Assembly (NCBI GenBank): GCA_022703645.1
Contig: JAKLDG010000001.1
Location: 338,814-402,813 of the forward strand
Length of the DNA: 64,000 bases
Source: Patescibacteria group bacterium
Lineage (GTDB): Bacteria > Patescibacteriota > JACPGU01
Reading direction: 5' to 3'
The position numbers and the translations under genes were made by a program. Positions 45,002 through 55,500 of this stretch are shown here, piece by piece (the first letter of the stretch is position 1; each line of letters starts with the position of its first letter). Below the pieces are notes generated by a model. The model saw only the letters and a list, made by a program, of their open reading frames with translations. It had not been told where the DNA came from and did not search any database.

Positions 45002-46476
45002 AAAAAACAACGTTTAAAAAAATAGCCTACTTATTTTTGTCCACATTGATTTTTTGCGCTCTGATGACGCCTTTTAGCAGCTATGCGGCTGATTTGGCCA
45101 AAAAAAGCGGCAACAATTTTGGTATTACAAGAATTTCTATCGCGGATACTGATTATCCTTTAACTATTTCTATTTCTTCGGATAAAAATATAGTATTTAA
45201 TAATGGTTTAGACATAGCAAATTTAAAAGTTAGAATCGCAAATAGTAAAAAACAAGGCATTTCTGGAATTAATATTAAATTCAGTTCAGGCGGTAGGGAT
45301 ATAATTAATCCACCGGAAAATACCACAGACAATAATGGCATTGCATATTTCAAAGTCAGTTCTACCCAAGAGCATATCTCCAATTTTCAATTTAGCCTTA
45401 GAGACCCTACCAGCGGTGAGATTTATTCAAGTAATGTGGTAGCAATAAAGTTTTTGAGCCAAAGCCGCTTTAGTATGACCGTTAACTCTATCGCGGATTT
45501 CAAAAATAATACCGCCACAAAAGAGGCTGCTGCTTATGTTGTCGCTCCTGCGGCTACAGCTGTAATCGCCGTAAGCGCCTTTTCTCCAATTATTAATTTA
45601 TTAAGTTCTATTTTCCCATATTTGAATTACCTATTTAACGTAATATTACAGTTTTTTGGTATCAGAAGAAAACAAAAACCTTGGGGAATACTTTATGACA
45701 GCATGACAAAAGAGCCGATTGATCTTGGCACTGTCAGATTATTTGACGCAAAAACAAAAAATATCGTTCAAACCGCAACAACCGATAAGTCCGGAAGGTT
45801 TGGTTTTCCACCTTTATCAGGCAAATACTATTTAACAGCTGCTAAATACCAGTTTGGGTTTCCTTCAAAATTACTAAAAGGAGCGGTAGTTGACGGTAAA
45901 TATCACGGTTTATATTTCGGAGATAAGTTTAATTTAAAAAAGAATCAAAAACTTACTATTTCTGTACCAATTGACTTAGCAACCGCGGTAACTGCTCGGT
46001 TAAGATTGATAGACAGACTAAAAGCATTTTCAGAAAAGATATCGCGTCCTTTTTTGGTGGTAAGTCTGATGGTCACGTTGGTTATGCTTTGGATAAATAC
46101 AACCCTATATAATGAAATATTGATCATACTATATATATTGATGATTCTTACTATGAGGCGCATTCGCACATCAGCCATTATTCCATGGGGTATTATTTAT
46201 GATTCAAAGACTAAAAAACCGCTCAAGAGTATGCCGATTAAAGTATTTGATAAAAAATACAATAAATTGTTGGAAACGCGCGTCAGCGATGAAGCTGGCA
46301 GATTTACTTTCATATTACCGAAAGGGGAGTATTATTTCAAAATTGCTGATTTTCATTATCAGATAGATTTAAAAGCAAAAGAGTTAGGCGGCAATAAAAA
46401 CTATCATGGCGAGATTTTCAAGGTAGAAGAGAATGAGGTTTTAAGGTTTAATATTCCATTAAAAAGTTTAAAATAG
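44998..46476 (+). CDS. surface protein with a Big_1-like Ig domain and two carboxypeptidase-regulatory-like domains
   Basis: Signal peptide; invasin-like Big_1 segment; TM segments; two YDS.TK.P ... GRF.F repeats. 4-nt overlap (ATGA) with the upstream gene suggests translational coupling. Confidence 0.55.
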   Translation: MKKTTFKKIAYLFLSTLIFCALMTPFSSYAADLAKKSGNNFGITRISIADTDYPLTISISSDKNIVFNNGLDIANLKVRIANSKKQGISGINIKFSSGGRDIINPPENTTDNNGIAYFKVSSTQEHISNFQFSLRDPTSGEIYSSNVVAIKFLSQSRFSMTVNSIADFKNNTATKEAAAYVVAPAATAVIAVSAFSPIINLLSSIFPYLNYLFNVILQFFGIRRKQKPWGILYDSMTKEPIDLGTVRLFDAKTKNIVQTATTDKSGRFGFPPLSGKYYLTAAKYQFGFPSKLLKGAVVDGKYHGLYFGDKFNLKKNQKLTISVPIDLATAVTARLRLIDRLKAFSEKISRPFLVVSLMVTLVMLWINTTLYNEILIILYILMILTMRRIRTSAIIPWGIIYDSKTKKPLKSMPIKVFDKKYNKLLETRVSDEAGRFTFILPKGEYYFKIADFHYQIDLKAKELGGNKNYHGEIFKVEENEVLRFNIPLKSLK

Positions 46477-46500
46477 CATGAGCAATAAAAACAAAAAAAT

Positions 46501-49500
46501 ATGATTGTGGTAAAGAAAAAGAAAATACCTTTAAGACCGTTTTTAATCCTCTTAGTGTTAATAGCTGGGTTTACTTTGAGTTTGGGTTTAAAACCAAATG
46601 AAAAAATAAAAGCGGCTTATTCTAATCCTTGCAAGACAGCTGGCACGTATGCTGGTTATGTAGTTGACGCGAATCTTAATGTTATTATTCCGGCTTACAA
46701 TAATGCTGTGTTTGGTGACACTTTCTATGATAGTACCAGCAAAGAAATTCATTGTAAAAGCATAACGATAGAAACGGGAGCGACTTTAGATATATCGCCA
46801 AAAACTACCGGTGCAAGTAAAACAGGCGGCACAAATTATAGAAGATTGGTTCTTGATGGTGATTTGAATATCGCAAGCGGTGGAACGCTAAATCTATATG
46901 GCGGCAATATATATAATACCGGCGGACTCAATGGCACTGGGATAACAAATGATGGAAAAGGATATGGTATGAATGTTATGGTTGGTGGAAATGTTTTGGT
47001 TGAATCCGGCGGATGGATATCAGCTGATGGCAAAGGGTATGAACATAGTAAGGGGCCGGGAGCAGGTGTGGCTGAACCCGGTTCACAAGGCGCTGCATAT
47101 GGTGGGGCTGGTCCGGATGGAACCAATTGTTATGGGAAATATTACGGTTCGGTTTCTGACCCGATAGAACTCGGCAGCGGCAGTAGTTTGGGAGTAGGAG
47201 GCGGAGTAGTTGATATAACTGCCGCGGGAACAATATTAATTCGCGGCGTAGGCAAAATTACGGCAAACAGCATTGGAGAGGGATCGGGCGGTTCAGTAAG
47301 ACTCAGCGCCAATACTATTAGTAGTACAATTGACGGCGTAAATATACCTTCTATTACAGCAAATGGCGGTAGTGGGTCTTATTACAGTGGCGGCGGCAGA
47401 ATCGCGCTTTTTTATAATTCATCAAATTTTGGCGGTGATATCAAAGCTATTGCTAACGCCTATGGAGGAGCTGGCACTGTATTCAAGAAAAAAAATATCG
47501 AGGCTTATGGTGATTTAATTATTACAAATAATTATCAGGATCATACCGATAACCCTCCGGACTATACTCCATATGCATATACAAAAATTGGCAAAACAAA
47601 AATCGATTCTGGCACATATAAGAATATCACAGTTAATAAAAGAGCAAACGCTATTATTGAATCTAGTAATATAGTAAACATCAATGGTGGTACTTTTGAA
47701 GTAAATAATTCCAAACTTGAAAATAAAGGCACTTTAGCTTCACAGACTTCCGCAGAAAAATTTCTGGCGAAAAATACCGCTCGGATACTTAATAGCGGTA
47801 CAGGGTTATTTAGCCTGTCCGCGAACTCAAACGCTATATTTGACGGCATAGACACTTATTTTGAGAACCAAAATAATATTATCCAAAATTTCGCCAATTT
47901 AACTATCTCTAACGGGGCTGTCATGAGCCATGCCGTCAATGATGCTACCGGTGTGACAAATTGTCTTAGGAATTCAATTGATAATCCAGTTGGCGGCGCG
48001 ATCCCTCCTTGCGAATATAAGGATTGGGGTGATGGCTATGGGAAACATTGGAATCAAAAATATACCTTAAGGATAAATGCCACAAGTGTTAATATTGATA
48101 ACAAAAGTTCGATAGATGTTTCACAAAAGGGATTTCAAACATTACCTGGAACATCAGGTTTTGGGCCGGGAGGGTCAAGTACGGCTTACTCAATCGGTGG
48201 TTACGCGGGAGGTTCTTATGGTGGCAGAGGTGGTAACGATAATACTGGGGGAGTAAGCGCAGATATTTATGGCGACTCGGATGGAGACCTGAATAATCCA
48301 AATGATCTGGGAAGCAGCGGTGATACCGGCTATACTGCCGGAGGATTAGTAAGAATAACAGTTTTGGGCGATATTGTTAATAATGGCTCTATATTATCAA
48401 ATTCAGGTACGGTTTCAAATGGTTTTGCCGGTGGGTCAGGAGGAGGCATAAGATTGGATGCAGACCGGATTCTCGGAGCTGGAAAAATTTCTGCCAACGG
48501 CATGCCCGGAACGATAGATCTTGCGAAAGGCGGCGGAGGAGGCGGAAGGATCGCGATCACATACAAAACCACAAAAGATTTTTATGGTCCAATTACCGCT
48601 TATGGAGGGTCTACTGATGGGGGACCCGGTACGATACTTTTTGCAAACAATAGCTCGGGAGCCTTAATTGATAAAGAACTTGTTATTTCTAATTCAGTTT
48701 TAAACGACAATCCAACCAAAATAGGAGGCGGTACGTATAAAAATATTACCGTAAAGAATACCTCGCCAACTCTTACTGACCTGACTTTAGCCGCAATCGT
48801 TTCTGGACAATCCGTTGTCATGCAAGATGGTGGGAATTTTGAAGTTAACCAAACTAATTTAACTAATAGCGGAACTATTTCTTTATTAGCCGGAACGTCA
48901 AATTTAGTTATAAAGGGAAAATCAAATTTTATTAATATCGGACCTACCGCCTCTCCTGGCATTAACGCGAATAGTACTTCTAAAGTTATTTTGGACAATG
49001 CCAATTTTGAAAATAAGAATAATATTGAACAGAATTTTGGCAATCTTTATATCCAGAATGGAGCAATATTAACGCATACTCAAAATGATTACTTAACGGT
49101 AAATTGCGTGAATACTTCCTGTACCAACCAAGACCTGGGTGATGGCAATGGAATGCATTACAATCAGGCTTATACATTAAGAATACATGCAAACAATGCT
49201 TTAATTGATAAATTTAGCGCTATTAATGTTGATGGCAAGGGCTATGACATGGGTAGAGGACCGGGTAATAATGGGTCTGCTAATTCTGCCGGAAGTTATG
49301 GCGGAGCTGCGTCAAGCGGCGACAGTACCTATGGTTTAGCGGATAACCCTAATGATTTGGGCAGTGGAGGTTATTCCGGTAGTTATGGTGATAATACCGG
49401 CGGCGGTTTAGTAAGAGTTAGGGCAGACGGTAATATAACAGTTGATGGCTTTATTTCTTCGGATACAACATCTGCCGGATCTTTTGACGGCGCTTCAGGA

Positions 49501-52500
49501 GGCGGTATAAAATTAATAGCAAATAGTATTCTTGGCTCCGGTTCTATTTCCGCTAGTTCTAATTTGACAAGCGGGAATATTGGCGGAGGTGGCAGAATAT
49601 CTCTCATAGCTACGCAAAAAAATTACAGCGGCACCGTCTCTGTGAATAGAGGTGGAACTGGAGCGAATTACGGTACTATTTATGATTCTCTGGCTATCCC
49701 TACGACTTATGGTCCGAGCGCAACACCATTAACTTATAATACAAAATTAAGTAATAATACTCCATATATAAAAGCCGATAGTTCAGCAACAACGATAGGT
49801 GTTGATGAAGGCAATGCAGTTAGCACTGGATATACTCCAGATTCTGATACCTCACTTCTTTTGAAAATGGATAACTGGGGAGATGGTCTTATTTATGATT
49901 CTTCCGCAAAATCAATACCTGTTATTAAATATGGCACAACTTCCTTCTCTGATACTGTTTTGAAAACTGGAACGCATTCACTATTATTTAATGGTTCCAC
50001 AGGTCGTTTAATACCTGATGGTACTTTTACATCAAATTTCCAGTATGGCACCGGAGCTTTTACTATTGATACTTGGATTTATCCAAAATCTGTTACGACA
50101 CTTCAAACAATTTATTCTCAAAAAAATAGCGCGACACCAACAACTAATGCATCATCATTACAAATTACTACTACCGGTCAGCTAAAATATACTGAAAATG
50201 GAGTTTCTATTATTTCTCCTGTCAGTACTATAAAACTAGGCAGTGATGTCGGATGGCAACATGTTGCTTTAGTTAGAGATAATTTAGGGGTTGAAAGATT
50301 ATTTTATAATGGTTCCGTAGTAGGAACACAGTCGTCTACATACTCCAAATTCAGCGATGTCGGTATCGGATGTTTATACCAGTCTACTAATACATTATTT
50401 TATAATGGCTATATGGATGAGTTCCGTATCAGTAAAGGAGTGGCGCGCTGGACCTCTGATTTTATTCCATTATCTGATGATGGCAACTGGGAAAAATTAA
50501 ATTTGAGAGCAACAAGGACTAACCCTAGCTCCGATACTAAGCTTTTGCTTCATCTCGATGGAACAAATGGATCAACTACCTATACTGACAGTTCTCCTTC
50601 AAACCATACAATATTGCGTTACAACACACCAACAATTTCCACTAACACTAGTAAATTTGGCGGCGCGTCAGGCGCTTTCCCGAGAGTAACCTCTCCATAC
50701 TTTGATTATATTTATGCTAATGATAATGTTAATGATTGGACTTTTGGCGCGGGTGATTTTACGATAGATTTTTGGGCTAACTTTTCAGATAATGTCAGGC
50801 AAGGTGTTCTTGCCATCGGCTCCGGCGCTTATGCTCCAATTGCTTTTGAAGTAGTAAGCAACAATCTTAACGTCTACATGACTAGTAATGGTAGCAGTTG
50901 GGATATCGCTAGCGGTCAACCAGTTGGCCAAACATTTGGTCCGGTAACACCAGGCGTTTGGGTACATTATGCGCTAACAAGGAATGGAAATACTTTTTAT
51001 CTTTTTGTTAATGGTACTACTGTAAACTCTTTTATGTCATCATTAAGTTTATGGAATAATAGCGGCGCTTTATATATAGGGCAATATTTTGGGTCTGTTA
51101 CAGCCTTTAAGGGCTATCTGGATGAATTTAGAATTATAAAGGGAAGAGCGGCTTGGAGTAATAATTTTACTCCTTCTACAACTCCCTATGAAATTTATGA
51201 TGACCCGTCTTTCAATGGAACGGTAGATATTGGCATAATAGATAATCTTGCAGGTGAATATGTTTTTTCCGGCTGCAACGGAGCGAACTGTACTTTTTCA
51301 GATTCAAAAGTTACAGCGAGATTCATAAATGGTATTGCTAATTTAGCAGTAAAAGTAAAAGACAAAAGAGATGGGCAGATAAAGCATCACGGTTTTTCAG
51401 GGCTAAAAATTAACTCCGTTTCAAATGTATCTTATATAAATAATAATCAAATAACCGGAGCTATCGAAATTCAAGATAGAACCCCAGAAAGATCAATACC
51501 ATCAGGTCCTGCCCCCGCAGGAAGTATTACTAAAGGAACTGCTGGCGCTACTATTTTTCCAATGGGAGCCGGTTTTAGTATTATAAATAATTCCAAAGGA
51601 ACCAGTCAGAGCCAACAAGATTTGGGTGGTAATTTAGTGGTTCGAGGTCCATTAGCATCCGCGCCATATCGTCTTTACCTTGATAAAAACATAATGTATA
51701 AAAGAGGTGATTATTTGAATAGCGACGGAACTATTAGCAGCGTGGCAACAGATTATCAAGTGGTTTGTGTTAATACAGCGGACTATACCCAAACAAAAAT
51801 AAGATGTAATGATGATCTGAGCACCAGCGCTATTCCATCAGGATTGCGAAATTATGGTATATATACATTTAATAAAACTTATAATTTCTATACCCAGAAC
51901 GAAACCTCTAATTATTCAGCGCCTTCAATATCTCAAGTTCTTATACCAGCTAGCAACCCAACTGTGCCTGTTATTTCTCCTTTAACAATAACTCCGACTA
52001 ACGGAAAATTAAATCTCAGCTGGAATAATCCAATTGATAATATCGGGCAAACAAAAACTTTGATCGTTAGAGGTATCGATAGTATTCCTACTTTCGTTCC
52101 AAGTGATGGGACGGATTATAATACCTGGTCAAATACTACTGTAACCGGAGAAGAGATGATCTATGACAGCACTAATGTCGGGGCGGGAAGTGAAGTAAAA
52201 AACTTTGACGATGCCAATGTATTTTTTGGAACCAGATACTGCTATACAATCTATGCTCAATATATTGGTTATATTTATTCGGTAGGGACTTCTGCTTGCA
52301 GCACTCTAACATCAATTATTGATCCGCCAGTCAACCCAACTATCACGATTCAAGGAATGATGATAAATATCGGATGGACAGCGCCACCTTCCGGCAATCC
52401 TGATAATTACCTGATTGTTAGAAAAAAAGGCACAACAGAACCAAACTGGAATCCAACCGGGGAAACTGCTGACTATAATATTGGTGATACGGTTGGCGAT

Positions 52501-55500
52501 GGTGTTGTTGTCTGTAAAGGATTTTCATGCACTGATCAAAATGTAAATGTAAATACTTTGCCAACCCAGTATTATTATAAAATTTATGCTCAGTATGGAA
52601 CCGCGGCTCCCTTCAGTTATTCTGTCGGTTCAACGGCAGTAAGCGGAAATCCTAACCCGGAAAACCCCCAAAAGTTTGATAATACCAATGAAGCAACACC
52701 AAGTGTAACACTGGACAATCTATCAGGACCTTACACGCCTCTTAATACATTTAAGATTGCAAATTATCTTGTCTGGAAAGCAACAACTCCGGCTGATTGC
52801 TCAGGGGCTTGGACGCCAACCAATGGAGCTGACTATTCAGGAGTGCAAGGAACTGGAAATATCATTTACAAAAACCCAGCAGCGCCAATATCATATATTG
52901 ATACTGCAGTTACAAATGGCGTTGGTTATTGTTACAAAATCTTTGTCCAATATAATGGTGAAACAATCAATACTACTGATCTAATGTATTCTTCTGGATT
53001 AAGTCTTTGGACTCAACCGCCAAATCATAATCCAACAATTAGCGTAAATAGCATCACCCAAACGATCGGCACGGATAATGTGGTAATTAACTTTAATGTA
53101 AATGATATTGATCCATCTGATAATGGCAAGCTTTCTGTTGGCTTTGCTGTTACAAATCCGGTTTCAGGATGCAGTATTAGCACTTTAACCGGACCAATAA
53201 CTAACCTCGGTGTCGGAGCTCATAGCGTTACTTGGACCGCCACTACCACTAATGGAACCGCGGGGGATTGTCCAGGCGTAGAAATGTTAGCCGGTTCTGC
53301 TCAACTGACAGCCACTGTTTCCGATTTTATCGGAGCCACCGGTACCGCTAGTCCAACTTTCTCTCTTGACACCAAAGCTCCCATTGCAAGTTCCAGCCTT
53401 ATTTTGTCCTCCAAAAACAGCAACTCCATTACTGTCGCTACCGGAGCTACCGGGGCTACTGATGGAAACATAAAAACTACCGCTGCCTATAAAGTCTATT
53501 ACAAGCAAGGATCAACGGTAGACGAAGTAAGCGGTACGCAAATACTACCAAATATTAATAGTTATGTTGCGGGACAGATATTTACTGCTTCCTCGCTAAT
53601 AACTAACCAGCAATATTCATTTAATATCTGGGCTTATGATAACTATGGACATAAAACTGCTGCTACGGTATTAAATGTCAGCACAAAAGGAAAATCTGTT
53701 ACAGGATTTACAGCTATAGTTCAAGGTATGAGAGTCCATCTGAGTTGGGACGCAATGCTGCCGGCGCCAGATAAGCATCTGGTTATTCGTAAGAAAGGAA
53801 CATCCGCGTCTACTTGGACGCCAACAGATGGTATTGGAATATATGCTGCTGGCAACACGGTAGATGCAGATACGATAGTAGTTTACCATGGCACAGGCGT
53901 CACTCTGGATGATGATGCAGTTGATGGAGCAGCCTATACCTATACTATCTTTGCCAACTATTCTGGAAATCTATATTCAGAGGGGGTTTCAGCTCCATCG
54001 ATAACACCGAATGCTCTGAACGCGTCGTTATCTGCTCCTGCCTATATACCAAATGGATCAAATTATGATATCGCACTCAACTGGGTAGCCCCCACACCAA
54101 GTTACAGTTTACAAAAATATGTAGTAGTTAGAGAAGTTGGGTCTCCTACTTGTTTAATCGAATGGACGCCAACCAAGGATAATAACTATAATGCATTAGA
54201 TCCAACCGGCTTTACTAATGAAGAAATTATCTATTCCGGAACCGGAACCACTACTACTGATAATATGGGAGGAACGGGAGTTTCTTCTGGTACAAATGTT
54301 TGCTATAAGATCTTTACTCAATATCTGGGAGATGATTTAGCGGTTCCAACAAACTTAGTTTATTCCGCTGGAATTGCCGCTACCTATGTACCGCCAAATC
54401 TGCCTCCAGAGATAGAGATTGGTTCAGTCACAGCGCTACAAACTACCGGAACTGAAAATATTGTTATAGCTTACCGTGTTAGAGATTCCGACTCAACCAA
54501 TTTGAATATTACATTTAGCATGATTGATCCGGGAGGCTCCACTTGCCAAATGAATTTAACTGATAATTTGGCGGGGATTGATGGCACTTACTATACTCAT
54601 ACCGCTACTTGGAATGCAGGGCTGGCAGGAGAGTGCCCGGGATTTGAAGTAACAAATGCTGTTATCCAAGTAACTGCCAGCGATAGTCTTAATTCTGTTT
54701 CGCAAAACTCCGCTCCATTTCTGCTTGATACTCTATCCCCAAGGCTTCCAACTCCAACTGTTTCTAACTTTAATTTAACTAATTTTTCATCAACAGGAGA
54801 TAAGATATTCTTCAATCTAGGATCTAATTCAACAACTGATACTAATGCGCTTAACTACAAGATATACTATGCTTCTGGGGGAAGTGTTGATGAAACAGGA
54901 ATACTCATAACAGGAGCTCCTATAGCATTTACTCCTGGAGCTGCATATTCGGTAACCGGATTAACACCGGGACAAAACTATACATTTAATATTTGGGCTT
55001 ATGATAAATATGGGCATAAAACTTCTGCGACTTCCGTAACATATTCAACTATTGTGCCTGCTCCGGCAAGCTTCTCTGTAACTCCGCATGGAATGAGATT
55101 ATCACTTACTTGGACGGCTCCTGTCGGTGGAACCCCAGACTATTATCTGATAGTTAGAAAAGCTAATTCAGATCCAATAATAGCTCCCGCTAATGGTTCT
55201 ACATACAACCTGGGGGATATTTTGAGCGGGGGAATGGTAGTCTACAATTCAACCGGGACAAGCCTTGACGATGATAATATTGATGACGGTCCTTACTATT
55301 ACCGAATTTATGCGCATTATTCAAATGGCAATTTCTCACCAGCCTTGGCTGGCAATGCGATTGCAGTGGCGGAAGGACCAAATACATTCAGCGCAACCTC
55401 AAGCCCAGCGCCAGTAGTCACATACATAGACACTCCACCAACAAATAATTTCAGTTTCGAGAACTATCTTATTTGGAAGAAAGAACAACCTAGCTGTACT

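Noticed and set aside
46836-55387. Numerous short minus-strand ORFs inside the giant gene
   Set aside because: All are opposite-strand or off-frame shadows of a single uninterrupted 11-kb ORF with coherent domain structure.
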